Source of the DNA: the human T2T-CHM13v2.0 reference genome, Homo sapiens
Assembly: GCF_009914755.1 (NCBI RefSeq)
Contig: NC_060929.1
Reading direction: 5' to 3' (one strand)
Length of the DNA stretch: 64,000 bases
Shown: positions 47,236-63,779 of the stretch, piece by piece
Position numbering within the stretch: position 1 is the stretch's first letter
Layout of the letters: each line of letters opens with the position of its first letter
Notes under the pieces: generated by a model
Database searches by the model: none
Seen by the model: only the letters and a program-made list of their open reading frames with translations
What the model was told of the DNA's origin: nothing
Translations under genes and position numbers: made by a program

Positions 47236-50153
47236 GTTAAGAGCAAGAGATTGTTGCTGAGATGGAATTTGACCTGCTTGTATAAAGTAATGACATAAGA
47301 AACTATGCTTTAAGAGGGGTCTGTATACCCTTTAATAACCTTGCATAGGTTATTACAGACCATAAGAAAAATAAGTAGTATACTTTTGGCCAGTTGTATA
47401 AATATGTGACTATTCATAAACTCTCTGAAAATCAACAGAGAGGGTAACAGGGAGGAATCATAAAGAATGGTATATTTATTTCATCAGTGGGGGTAGTCAT
47501 ACCTTAGGGACATACATCTACTCTGCAAGAATGTAATATAAAGTTAATCCTTCAACAAAGTGACCTCATTGTACCCAAGCGCAGGGCTCAGGAGGCACCA
47601 GAAGAAATGGGACTAACCAATTTTTTTCCCCCTCAAACTTGGGACAATTCCGAGAATCTGGTAGAGCAAGAAAAAAAAACTTAATTGGACACAATTAACT
47701 ACAAATAAAGAAGCATGAGCATCTTAGATTGAAAAAAGAAAAACAGATGAAGCTGTAAACTGCAAGAGGAATGGAATGATGAGAACAGCTTGTGTGGCCC
47801 TGCTTCCAAATACCCAGTCCACACACTCTGAAAAGGGTCTGAGAGGGTGTCACCCTAAACCAGTTAGGTTTAGAAGAATCCATTATCCCAAATAGAAAAG
47901 CCTCAATGTTTATACCATGAGAATAAAATGGGGCCAATGTATGCATTTTAAAAATTCCAAAAGACATTAAATTATCCATTTATTCAGTAATCATTTTTAG
48001 TGCTTACCATATGCTCAAGAAGAGGGGGTGGCATTCGTAGGAATGAACTGTTTAGTGTCACAACATCATAAGCCCTTTAAAACAAACTTTCCGAAAGGTA
48101 CACATAATCCAACCCCCAAAGACAGATGAAATCCTCTACTTGCAGAGCTGGGATGCAGCTCAGCATCTCAGCATCTCACAGCCAGGTCCTCCTTATAGTC
48201 ACCTCCTCTGCTCCTCTTTCTGACAAAGTCTAGGGTCACAATACACTTAATGGGGATACATTAATTTAAAGAACAATCAGGCTGTTGAGGGGCCACAGCA
48301 ATTGAATTCAAGCTGTCTTCCACTGACCCCTTCAAACTCATTTACTGGTAGAAAGATATTTACTGAACCCACATAGTAGGACTTCGTGGAGTTGTGTACA
48401 GCTTATGGAGGGGTACATCTGAAACGTTCCTGTAAATGCATGAAAAGCAAAATCAAATGCTCCCAAACAGGAGAGTAAGCTTGCAGGGCAAATGTCTCAG
48501 CTGAGATTTGAGAAGGATCCCCTCACCCACAGCTATGATGTGATACTGGGGAATGGATATTGGTGGGATGTATCTGTTGTATGCACCAGGATGCCATTTG
48601 AACTGTATCAACATTACTACTTTTGAAAAAAAAGTTAATGAAATGGTTAAAAAAATCAAACTGTTTTATTCTGGCTTTATGTTGGGACTGCTTATAGAGG
48701 GCTTTAGGTTCCTTCCGGATCTCATCATCTCAGAGTCCCCTAAAGGAAACCAGCAACTTTCTATTCCAACCGATCTCTCAGCCTTTCTCTTTATGGGCTT
48801 CAACCCAGGTGGTGGTCAAGACAGAACAGCTCTGGTTCTACAAAGCTATAATCTCTAATGTCCAAATGTGCATGCAGCATGAAATGCTATATGCAAAGAA
48901 AATCGAGATAACACAACTAGTTTTTATGCACTCATACTAATCACAAGCTTCTAAAATTCAATTGAAAACTCATAATAATGAGTGAATTCTAACCAAATAT
49001 ATATGTGGCCTTTTCATGCCTATAGTCTCTTTTTCTTTCTTAAAGAAATCCACTTCACAAACACATCAAATAAAGGAAATTCTCTGTAAGGGGGTATATT
49101 TGCAAATTAAAATCATATAGTCAAGCCAGATGCATTCTCAGTTATGAAAAATGATTTTTCTCTTTTTGGAGTTTCCTTTTAAAGAAGCCACTCCTCCGTC
49201 CCCGTTAACTTCTTGAATACTTATTCCTGGAAACGATGGAAATGAGAGGCTGCAGAGTTCTGTTCAGAAACACCAGGGGAAAAGTGCTTTGGGTGCCATT
49301 CCAACATTGGCTTACAGAATTCCCTGCTTTTATAGCTCAGCGACTCACTGCCGTGCTTTCACATATTTCTGGGGTTTTAATTTCCTTTTTTTAATGGTTG
49401 TGTGACATGATGTCATTTTGACTGGAAATAAAAAGAAATGCAGATATTAGGAAGGCAATATTAATATTCTATTGCCATTTAATGTCCAAACAAATATCTA
49501 GACTCTATGCCAAGTAATAAATAAAACCTCATAGCAGAGGCAATGATAAAACTAGCACCTGGGTCTCCAAGCTTCCCTGGTGACTACTCCATATTTGAAC
49601 TAAAGGAGTAACAGCAGAGCATTTCCCTCCAAGGCAGATCCATTCTGGGCATGAGAGTTATTACATATGTGTTAGGCAGAGCCTTTTTGTTCCATAATGG
49701 CCCCATTTTTCCCTCAGTCACTAAATTAACAACCAGAGGTAAACAATAAAACAGCAAGTTATCTTCACAAATCTATCTTTAAGACTGAGTTTAAAATATA
49801 TAAACCGAAAAATCAGCCAGAAACCTGAACAAGGCCAGAAATATTGTTCACGAGGAAATTTGTTGCATTTCCAGCCATTTGGATATTTCATTACCTGCCT
49901 AGATACTTGATGCACAAACGGCACACCAGGTCACCTCTTCCGTGGGAGTGATACACTTCCTAAGAAACCCAACACCAAATTCCTTGCAAGTGAGCTCCTG
50001 CTTTCCCGTGAAATGCTTTTACAGCCTGGTGCCCCTGCCTCGGAGAGAGCGAGGCTCAGGAGGGCTTCAGGGAAGGACTCCTGGAACCACAGAAAGCTGT
50101 AACTTTCTGCAACAAGAAGGGTGTCAAGACGAAGCCAACATAGGCAGAATTAA

Positions 50154-50522
<369 letters not shown>

Positions 50523-50899
50523 ACCCTGATGTCTTATTTGTAGTCTTCAGGTCTCTTGATGTGTGACAACAACTTTGAGATTCAAAAATCAAGCAAAGGA
50601 AGCAAGGCCTCTCTACCACAGGCACAATCAGAGGTATTAGGTGCCTTGAGTGGTTACGTCCTTTTTACAAAGAGTGCAGCCAGGGTAACATGCAAAGAAA
50701 AGGCTGAAGACAGAAGGTCAACTGAAAAGCAAAGAGCCTAGGAGGATGAAACAAAGCAGGGGCACTCGGAGGAAGACTGATGAGGGAAGATCCTCAGGAC
50801 TGTAGCTTGGAATGCAAAGAACTTGCATATGTTTGGAAATTAACAATTCTTGGAGAAGTAAAAGCCATCAAGAAGAGGAACAAAGAATTAAGAGACTTG

Positions 50900-51345
50900 C
50901 TTTTGTTTTTCAAAATGAAATCACCTTACTGTTTTTCTAAATCTAAAAGTAATGTTAACATAATTATTATATAAAAAATAGTTTAAAGGAGGAAAACCCC
51001 CATAATATCCCCATTCATGTAGAAGCATGATTGATATTTTAGTATGTATGCTTCCAAACATTTTCACAATACTGTTTTATAAAAATATAGATTATATACA
51101 GGCTTATACCTATCTCTTTCTTTTTGATGTTTGTAGCTTACCGTATTATACAGATAGACATAATTTATGTAACAAATCCTCTACTAACTGGAATGTAAGG
51201 TTTTCTTCCCAAAATTTTCACTGACTTAAGAAGCATTTATAATAAGCACTTCTCAGGATAAAAGAATATGCACATTTCAAGTCTTTCAGTATACATATTT
51301 CCTAACTATCCTTCATAAAATTTATGCCAATTTACATTTTGACAG
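50900..51345 (-). mobile_element. Ancient L1M fragment
   Basis: AT-rich; cataatttatgtaacaaatcctctact...aaatttatgccaatttacattt resembles antisense L1ME sequence. Confidence 0.5.
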
Positions 51346-54231
51346 GTTACTTTCAAAGGCATCTGCAAAAGAAAACTAATTTTTAAGATTTTGCATCTTG
51401 AACTCAATTATTCTCTAAGTTATAAGGACCTCTGAAGATTGTAGGTGTTAACAGTCACAATGATTCCTTGTAGAGGTGCCATTTTAAACATACCCTGAGG
51501 TCATATAAGACTCTTTTTCCAGTAATAACAAAGTGCTTTCTAGAAATTATCTCCTTGGTTCCTACAATATGCCCTTGACGTAAATGTTAAAAATTACTCC
51601 TAATTCAAAGGTGGGAAACTGAGGCACAGAAAGAGTTGGTTGCATAAATTAGCACAGAAGCCTCATTGTTTATATTTTTGTAGTCCTTTATTATTCCAAG
51701 ATGACTATTTTATGTTAATATTGATGAACCTCAATTTGCCACACATTAACAAGTCCTGATACCAAATCAATTAAACTGCTGTTTTTTGTTTTTGTTTTTA
51801 CTAAATATCCGTGAAACAAAATCCCAGCACTAACAGGAATCTCTGTGCCTAGGCTCCTGACATTTTACACATGAACAAGCCGTTTGGTGGCCTGATTTTT
51901 ATTATGTAAGGCTCACCATGTCAACTAACACAAACCTTTTGGGGAGGCCACCCTAGTATTTTAAATTTGCCCCCAAATGCTCAAGAAACTGTTTTCTGTC
52001 CATCAGGTTCTTCTTATTGGTCTAAGCCTACAAGGAGCTCTCAAATGCTGATTTGACTTTAGAGAGAAAGAGACACAAATGCTGTCTCTGAGATACATTA
52101 AACCAATTTATACTACAACCGGTTGGCATTTTCTAGATGTGTGGTGAGAAGTTACTGGCAGAAGTGGAGCATCTCTTCATGAACAGACCCCTTTCTTGCC
52201 CTGGAGGGCTATACTGTGTCTAAAATGGGAAGTAGGTGAACCTCCAATAATTAGGAGAAACTGTATTGCTCTCTAAGTGTACTACAGTTGATGAGAAAAG
52301 CTGCCCCTGTTACTGTGTTTAAAGTGCTCTGAACAGCATGGCCGTCCAGGAGCCTTAATTTAGATTCCCAAATTTGATCCAACTTTAAAACTAAAATAAA
52401 ATCCCTTGAGCAAACAGAAGTTGAATGTACACAATTTTTTTTTTGACCTTTCAATCTTTTTCATTTGGGTGTTTTTTTAATTTGGATCATTCACGATTAG
52501 GTTTCAAAGCCAAATTTGCTCCTTTAAATGAGAAGAGAAGAATAATTTCCACTTTGTAATGGATGATGGCGTTTAAATATTGGAGACCAACATATTCTGT
52601 CTTTCTTAACATTTAAGGATACGTCCATAATTCTCTTCCCTACTGGCATAGTTTCTGATATAACAAGAGTAATATTACTTCTATAATTGTTCTTCAGATT
52701 TCTTCCCAAAGAGTTTTGACATTAGCTGTTATCAAGGGGGTAAAATCACCCAGCCTGTCTGATAAACATGTTTTCTTATATCCCCACCCCAGCAAGTGCT
52801 GTGACACTATACTTTTATCACCCCGTGTGTGTTCAGAATGAGCTTAGAACAGCAATTGCCGGGAATAGGCAGGCGATAAACCGCATTGATTTAACACATC
52901 TTGTTTTCAATCATGCTTGGATTTTCTGAGCACGCATTTTTCCTGTACTCTGGCTTGTAGCTTTTATCTGACGAGCTGATCCCTTTTCACTGGAAAATGA
53001 AAAGGTCGCACAATAAGACACGGTTTACTGGAACTTGAACACGCACCAGGGAAAGTATTTTAGATAAATACTGTCAGACATAGTGGAGCTGAATTTCAAC
53101 AACACAATTGCTAAACAACAATACTTATTACTCTCCTAGAACAAGCCTACCAGTGACTTATGGCTCTCAGCAGGGGACAGCACCGAGTCAGGCTCCAAGG
53201 CGAAGAAATCCTTCCCTGAGCCTTGTGCTAACCAAACGCGGAGTTCTGGGCTGAAGTCCTACTTGTGATTGTTAATATCATGGTTTTATGAGACAACTCA
53301 GAAAATGACTCCCACTGTTCACAGAGTTGTTTCCTCCAAACCAGTGGACAGGTTTCAGAAGAGTTGTAATGAAATTATAACAGAGCTCTGCAGACGGTCA
53401 GACTGGAAAGGAAAAAACAAATCCCAAGAATGGTGATAAAAAAGTGACTCCAAATCATCCACTAATTCCACTAATAAGACAGGAAAGTACTTGTAACTGG
53501 AAGATATTAGAAGATTAAGTGATTATTTGGTAACATTTTAATGGAATTACAGAGAACTTACAACAAGTATGCCATGCAGCGAGCTACAATGGCCTTGCAG
53601 ATAAGCCTGGAAGTTTTTATCAGCCAAAGCTTCAACTTAAATAGCATCTTGATTTAAAAATAAATGAAGTCAGGCTTCTTCAGTATTGACCTAACCTAAA
53701 TGATTATTTTTGCTGAGCATCTTGATCCTAAGAAGTCTCCTCCCCCTGACTATTATACTCTAGAACACTTTTAACACACATTTTGCTTATACATTTATTG
53801 TCTACTACTTCAGAGCTCCTCAAACTTTCTCTGTTCACAGTACCCTGAGTATCTCAGCAATCCCTTCAAAGCATCCCTAAGCCAAAAGCAATGCCCAACA
53901 ATTCTGTTTATTAACTACTTAGATGCGAACAGCTTAAACTTTATGTTCCAGCAACTTAGTAGGACATACATATTTGACAAAAACTATATAAAGAAATGGA
54001 CAAAAAATATATAACATTTTATTTCATTTTAAAATAATCACAATTTACTAGTGAAACATGTGTTCCTGGTGGGCACCACACAACTTTGCACACCTCAGAA
54101 TCAGACTAAACACAGCCACCTTCATTTTTGATTCCATATTGGTTTTCACGTGGCACTTTTTTTTGTAACCACAGTAAATGCTGAAAACCAGCTTTGCAAA
54201 GATATGACACCATCAAAAGGATGCACTGTAA

Positions 54232-54532
54232 GGCTGGGCACAGTGGCTCACACCTGTAATCCTAGCACATTGGGAGGCTGAGGCAGAAGGATAGCTGCAG
54301 CCCAAGAGTTTGAAACCAGCCTGGTCAATATAGTGAGACCTCGTCTCTACAAAAGATTAAAAAATTAGCCAAGCATGGTGGTATATGACTGTGGTTCCAG
54401 CTACTCGGGAGGCTGAAGTGGGAGAACAGCTTGAGCTGGGGAGTTCCAAGCCACAGTGAGCCATGATTTCACTACTGCCCTCCAGCCTGGGTGACAGAGC
54501 AAGACCCTGTCTTTAAAAAAAAAAAAAAAAAA
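54232..54532 (+). mobile_element. AluJ
   Basis: Diverged dimeric Alu with GCCCAAGAGTTTGAAACC, GTGAGCCATGAT and an A tail. Confidence 0.9.
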
Positions 54533-54789
54533 GCAGTATAATGTAATATTGAGTTTTGAACTACCTTAAACTGGTAGTTTATACAGTATCTGATGTACTT
54601 GAAGTATCACTGTTTCCCTCAAGTTTGAAATATCTCATAGCATCCCATTAAGTTTGTAGGGACACCTTGGTTGATAAGTTTAGAAAACATGGATTCACTG
54701 AGAAGCATAATATTAATTAAATGCTAAGTGCCACAATGAATTACATTCATTCATGTGTATCTTGTCTTCTTTTAATAATTACAACAGCA

Positions 54790-55015
54790 GCAACAGCAGC
54801 TCACACTTCCTAAGGACTTACTGTGTGCCAGGCACTTTATATGGATTAACCTATCCTTCACAACAACTCTATAAGGAGGTACTATCATTATTCCCATTAG
54901 ACACAGAAGAAAATGGAGGCTTGGAGAGTTCAGACTTTGCCTAAATCCACCGAGCTAATGAAAGTAGGGGCTGGGATTCAAACCCAGGCAGTCTGCCTCG
55001 AGAGCCCTACTCTGA
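54790..55015 (-). mobile_element. MIR
   Basis: cttactgtgtgccaggcact...ccttcacaacaactctataagg...ggctgggattcaaacccaggcagtctg. Confidence 0.8.
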
Positions 55016-55959
55016 ACCTGTTCATTAGAGCAGCAAGTTAGGCCAACCAAGGGCTCCTCAGAGCAGATCTCTAATAATTTTGGCTTCCAGGACTTTTGTG
55101 ATACTGTTTTTGCTATTCATGTATCCTTCTATCTACAATCTGTTTTAGTCCTTTCCTTTGTCTCAATTTATATTCCATGAAAACACTCCAGAACCCATTT
55201 GACTTCCATTTTCCTAATAACACATTCTTCTTCCCTTTGTCCCAACCGTCCTGGAGTAAGACTCAGCTAGACTGCAGCCAGGCTACATAATTGACAGGAT
55301 ATATGTTCCTTTTGGAAAAGTCACTTACATTCTTTAAGTATTCCTCAACTGTAAAGTGAAGATTTAATGTGCTATTATTTGTACAGTGATTAGCACATAA
55401 ATACTCAATAGGCAGTTGTTATTACTATTAATAGAATATAGGCCATGTGCTAGAAACAGGGGCAGGTGCAATGAATACAGGACTAATTAGACATATTTAC
55501 ATATTCCCCACTCTCAAGGAACTCCAGAGTCTAGAGGGGCAGAAAGACACAAACAGAATTCTAAAACAGTGTGGCAAATACAACAGCAGGAAGATGTGGG
55601 GTTCTAGAACAGCGGGTGTGTTACACTTGTCCTTGGGACTCAACCTTCCCCATCTCCTTTATGCTAACTTGGAATTACAGTTTAAAAAATTCTACCACCT
55701 CTGGTTCTCAAATATTACCCTGAAAATGAGCTCCATCTGGAGTAGGACACAACCATTTTAAAACAATGTAAGTTCTGTGAACAAAGGAGAAAAAAATAGG
55801 AGACACCTAATTAAGACAGGATTCATTTCCAGACTTGGGGTGTTTTATACTGTTTAATTAATTAAATAAAATTGCAGGCTTGCTGTATACAAGGCCCCAT
55901 GCTTAAGAAGATGAAAAGAAAAAGATGTACAACATGCAAGTCCAGTGCCCTGTGAGTCC

Positions 55960-57385
<1,426 letters not shown>

Positions 57386-60300
57386 AGGTCTGAGGAGAAG
57401 TTGTAAATGTAAGCAAATTTGTAAATTAGTATATTAGGAAGTTGTAAATGTTATACTAAGATCATTAGCATAAATGGCACACACAGTTTCAGACAACTTG
57501 TGGATGCTTTAATCCTAAAGTTCTGGTTTTCTTCAGTCTCACTCTATAACTCCCAGTAAAAAGATATGAACCTAAATGAGTAAGTGAGGTTGGCAAACTT
57601 GTTTGCCCAATTGTAGCTTAGCTTATCATAAGAGCCATACAAGAAAGCGTGGAGGACACTCAGTCCCAGATCAGTCCCCAGTCCTAAAGAAAACTGTAGA
57701 ACTTCAGATGCCTCAAGGCAAAAGCTGTCACATTCACCGGAAACAACTATGATGATAAACCTTGAGCTGACTTTTAGATTTGGTTAATTCCTGTTAGTAT
57801 ATTTGGAGCAGTGAAGATGAGGGGATTTCCATGGTTCTTGATGTTTTCTGCTGACACTCTTAATGCCTGTCTTTTAAGAAGTGGATTGAACTAAGTTAAT
57901 GACTTAAGGTACCCAGTGAAGTTCTACTTCTTCTAATCTACCCTAGATTTGGACTTGTGCTCCGTCTCCTCGCCACAAAATATTGACAAAATATAGTGTA
58001 TAATAACTAGAATTTAATCTTCCCCTTTGGATGTTGGTGGTCTTAATATTGGTCCCCAGCGTCTTACAATCAATAGATGTTTAGTTAAGCAGTTCACTTG
58101 TTTTGGAGTAACAGTTATTGTGTGGGCAATGGGTATGTGGCCACTTCCGCAATAACCCCGGGTCTCCTGACAGAGTGAACATTACAATCACATATTTGTT
58201 GCTATTAGCTCGTGAGATGGTGGAAACCAATTTTGAAAAGCAAGTAATAAAGCACCACATAAAAAATAATGGTGTAATTACTTCTTGGTCAGGTAATACC
58301 TACTGTGACGATAAAAACCAAAGGGAACACCAAGCATCAAAAGTGGGTTTGCTGTAAATTTGACACTGGTTCTGACCTTCAGCAAGGAAAAGGTTTGAAC
58401 CCACCCACCTAAGCCAGGTACACAGAAGACTCTTTGTGTCGTGTATCTTTACCAAGTCTCCATGTAAAAGCATTTTAGTGAATTTATCTCATTAGTGCCT
58501 ACATCAGTTCTCAAGAGCTGAAGAGACTAGACCAGTTGCTACATTACTGACCCAAAGGCTTTCATAATCTCATTTGAATTTAGGCCCCAAAGAAAGGGGT
58601 CTGGTAACTGCATTAGAAAGAAATTGCCATGTGGATATAATTTGTTGTCTAAATGTAGAGGATAAAGAGGGAGGGTGGGGGTTCTAATTGGAATATGGAC
58701 CACACTGTCCAGGAGAAAGTGAAAATAATGTTGGCTGTTGCTGTTGATCTATAAGCAAACACCCTGGTAATCCACTAACCTAAGTGGAAGAAACCAATCA
58801 GCCTCCACCTTCAGGCTCTGATTCTTTCTTTCACGTGCCATCCCAAGTGCTAGAGAGGCTTTCCTAATTCCCATGGAATAATGTGGGTGAGTGTAGGGAG
58901 TGAAAGAGAGGCTTAGCTAAAGTTATGCCCTGAACTTTTAAGGATAGGATAGCACAGTCCATGTTTCAGGACATCATGGTTAAGTTTTTATTACTACTGC
59001 TTTGGGTTATTTCCAGCTTGGGGGAAGACTCGTGGTTAATATTTCTGTTTAGCTTGTCTGAGAGCTGCAAATGGTTCTCCTAAGGTACACGCATCATTAG
59101 AAGACTTTATGACAGGACGCTGTTAGAGCATAGCATTTGTCACAGCACAAGATGAAGCAAAAGTAGGTTAGCTTTTACTAATAAAAGTGACAATTGGTTA
59201 AATTCTTAATAACAGCAACTTTAATGGAGATAATGAGAACTCTTATACCCAGAAGGTTGGTTAGAAATCAGTACAAGCTTTCTGGAGGGCAAACTGGCTA
59301 TTTTGGGTGGGGAGGATGAAAGAATTTTAAGCTTAGAGACTGGATCTGTATTAAGTTCAGAGGCATCCCCAAAAGTAGGCCCAGTGGCCACATAAACTAT
59401 TTTTCCAAGTGGGCAAAGGCCTTTAGAAATGCCATCTAGCGTTACCAGAAGCCCTTGTTCTTGCTAAGATTCCTCTGGACCTCTTTTTCCTTCTAACTGG
59501 AATTAAGAGACTGAAGTTCCCCAAACTGAATCTTGCATTTCTCTCTATATTGATGGGTGGAATGGACCTGCTTAAAACCAACAAGGAAAAAAAAAGTGAC
59601 CTTCCTTCTATACTCTCTCTATAATCTTCCTGCTCCTATTGAAGCCTGGTGAATTTAGAGGAAATAAAAATACATATTTAGCTCCATCTGCGGAATTCAC
59701 TTTGCCTGAGACCAATATGTGAGATATTGTTGCTGGCTTTTTCAGAGGGCTGGGACATATCTACAGGAGCAGAGATCGGCTTGATAAACTGCTGACCTAT
59801 TCTCAAATGGAAAATTTTTGTGATTATATTGGGACAATAGGTATTGTGACCCTTTAAGGACAAAATCAAATATACTGGATTGCATTTTTCAAAAGCTACC
59901 AAAACAACTTTTAGATACGAATACATTCTTCTAAGTCTCCCTTCTAACTCTAGATTTAACAGTGTGATCTTGATGTGGTCAGGTAGAGAGGGGCAAAGGC
60001 ACATCTACTCAATCAACTTCAGAACTTTATTACTGCAAAAATCTTCCTTCAGCAAACACAACCAGGCTTGGAAAGCCTAAGTGACCAGTGTAAGATCAAC
60101 AGCTAGTCAACAGCTGAATCACAACTAAAACTCAAATGTTGGAGCCGAACCAACCCCAGTCCTCTGTGTCATTCCTCCATGTAAGCCTGACTTAAAATAA
60201 ATAGGATCATTTGTTGAGAAGCGGTTCTGAGCATTTCACTTTTGCAAACTTAATTTTTTCCTTTGGATACCCCAAAAGGTAGATATTCCTATTTCACAGA

Positions 60301-63300
60301 TGAGAAAACTGTGGCTGCTAGTCTTGGGTGAAGGATTGGTAGGCAAAGAAATGAAATGTGATTGAATTGCACCTATGGAAAAAGACAACATCAAATCTGT
60401 CATTCAGATGACATCTTCATATACATGATCTATCTCCTATTACTGCTGGCCATTTCAAAGCCAAATAGACCTGCCACTTTATAAAACAAACACCAACTAA
60501 AAGGAAGACAACAAATGTTCCCAGGACCCTGAAAGTATCATGGACCATGTCTACAAAGCATCCGCATGTTTTAAAGCCATTGCCAAGCTGTCCTTTAAAG
60601 GCTGTTTTGCAAAAACCTCCAAGACTAAAAACAACATGCTGTGACTTTACCTACATTCTTGTAATGGAAATGAGATAAGAATAGTAGTTCATAGTAATTG
60701 ATGCACAATGACCTTGTGCCAGTGACTGTGCTAAGCACTATCTTACAAATCACCAACTCTTTGCTGTCTCTGTGAAGTCTGTACTGTTATCATCACCATT
60801 TTACAGGAGAAAGACCCTTAGGACGATAGAGGGGTGACGGATCTTGCCTAAGTTGCACAGCAGTAAGAGCTGAACCAGGGCAGGCTGTCACTATTGTTCA
60901 CTGGCTTCTCTGTGATGGACTGCCCCTGTGGAAGCATTTAGCTAATACATTGGAAGTAATGGTGTTATCTTTCCCTTCAGGACAACACAGGAGAAAACAA
61001 ATAGTAAAAGATGCCTACAGTAAAAATATCTGTCTTAGACTTGAAAAATATAAATGTATATCCACATATGCTACATAAAGACTTGACTTGGTTAAGACAT
61101 ATGTTTTAAAAGGGAAAGTTGCCAGAATGGATCACACTTAAATACAAAACCAGTTTCTGTGCGGTGTGTGGTGGTGACATCACCCACAAAAAACATGGGA
61201 AATGACACACGCTTCTCCATGACCATCGTCCAGCTTGTTTAATCTCAACTGGCAAGTTTCCCCTCATCAAGTAAGTTGAAAATGGTTATGGAATCCAGAG
61301 GTAGCTCCGGATAACACGGGTGGAATTCTGGTATGCCTTCTTCATTAACTGCTCATAACCCAGAAATGAGAATAAAGCTGCTCTTCCTGGGGAGTCTTTT
61401 AACTGAAAAACCAATCTTAATTGAATGCACATATCAGTTAACTATCTTCGGATTCACAAACCATTAATGCCCCATTTTCACATAGTGTCTTCTTTCTGGC
61501 TTGTCTGAAGGCTGGCATTCTCAGGGCTGTGCTTAGAGGAATGTGAGATTCAGCAGGAATATGGAAGGGACAGGAGAGAAAAGAAGAGAGCATATTAAGT
61601 GCTCATCTTCACAACCAAACGAGCGTTCTGGGACTGAGCAGTAAGAGCGTCAAATAATGCTGCCCTTGCAAAATTGACGTCCTCCCATCACTGCTCCGAG
61701 TCAGTGGCAAAGGAATCACAAATAATGCCATTCTGCCCTCTGAATACCAGTTAAGCAGGCTTCAAATGTGCCTACTGAGGGAAGAGGAGGCTTGTAAATA
61801 GAGCCTGGCAGATGTAAAAGGATGGTATAATGATCAAAGGAGGGGGGAAGAAAACTAATTGCAGATTTCTCTCTTGAAATATTTGGCCTGTTTGAAAGTC
61901 CCACTTTGTCTCTCCAGAGCAGAAAAACCTAAGCAGGAGTTTGAGGTGTGTCCCCAAGGCAATCTTGTCAAGTTGTGGCCCACAGCATGGCAATTCCCTG
62001 TGGAAGAGGGCCTAGATTGACTGCCCTTCTATGCCAGGAGAAGCAAGCTCCTTGAGGAAGCACATACCTCTTCCCGAGTATGTGGCCTCTTAAAGTGACA
62101 AGGGTGCAAGAGTATGTATCTCTGCTAATAAAGACATCATTTACAATTGGACTTTGTGAAAGACAGAAGCGTATTTAAGTTCTTTCTGAATTTGGAACTA
62201 CTTGGATCCTATCAAAAACAATTTTCTAATTGTCATTAAAATACTGGAAACCATGAAGAAGATCCACCTCCCAAAATATGCAATGCCATCTCTTTAGATT
62301 TCCTGCTTTTGCTTTGGAAATAAACTCAGAATCTAATAGTCTTCCCCTTGGCCAAGATTCTAAAACCAACAGTGACCATAATCCTGTAAACACAGAAAGA
62401 GATTCCTAACTCACTATATTCCTGGCCTTGAAACTTTGGTGTGGAAGGCACCACCAAATCAGGTCACTTGAGTCTAGGATCAACCACGCTACAGTGAAGT
62501 CAACACTTGGTAGAAAACTGTGAAAGTGGGCTCTAGTATACCTCCTAGCAATGCCATTAGTTGTGACATAAGTCAATAAGTTCCTATAGAGTTTAGGATT
62601 TGGGGAAAACAGGTAATACTTTTGTATTACACGAGGGAGGTGAATATACACTGAATAATAGCAGTGATGAGTTTCTTTTACACGGCAGGAATATTTTCTT
62701 GGCTGTTGGATTTAGCATATCAACAAGGGAGGCTGGACATACCTTTTCTCAGAGTTTCATTAGCCTGCTAGAATATTTAGAGGTCTGGGCAAGGTAAACT
62801 AACTCTCCCATGTTTGTGCTGAAGTAGAGGTACAGGTCCCACTCTGAGTATTGAATTATCTTTTCTCATGATGACATCAACATTGAAACTACAGAGAGCC
62901 TCTTTTGTAGTCAACAGTATGGGACACTGGATTTTTATCTCCCTTTGGACAATGAGATTGTGGTTAGCATAACACTGGTAAATCTAACATTAATGCTCTG
63001 TCAAAAATTGTTTTATGAAGGCTAGAAAGAGGTTGGAGAGAAAGGAGGTGCATCCAGGAATAGATACAAAAACATTGAAAGAGAAACTGAAATCAATTCT
63101 GTAAACAGCAGAAGTCAAAGCATCGTAGTTGTCATTAAGCACCTACCATTATAATATTCAAACAATAAGATATTTCCTGAAATATCAGATCAATTCTTAA
63201 AGGAGAGCTGTTCCCAGTGGGGTTTACTTGTGGTCCTCTGTCCGACATCCATTAGACAGGGTCCCTGTCTTTAGTAGCATGGGTTCAAACAAATGATAAG

Positions 63301-63779
63301 AGAGGAAATAGATTCCATTCTCTCTGTTTACTTTATTACTATTGATTTATGAATTCCCTCTGATCTATTTCCTAACTGGGCAGATAATATACATTTAGTA
63401 CCAAAGGTAATTATCCAAAATGAATCTAGTTTGCAACTGGGTGATAAAAAAGAGAGAGGAGACTGATAGATTAAATACTTATCATTAAAAAGTATGGCTG
63501 ATTGTATTAATATAGATACAAGAGCTTTAATATTCTCACTTTACGGCTAGATATAATTTCCTAGACTAATTGTGAGTTCATGTGGACACTTGGGCATATT
63601 TTATTTCTACTCTATATTTTATAGCATCATTTTATAGTGCAAATAATAAAAGCATTATATGAAAAAATTATTTCAAAAGTTTTTTTTAAAAATCTACCAC
63701 TTGCAAAAAAAAATCATTTAGGGCATTTAAAAAAAAATCTTCATAAAGGGATAGAACATTTAGTTACCACAAATTACTA

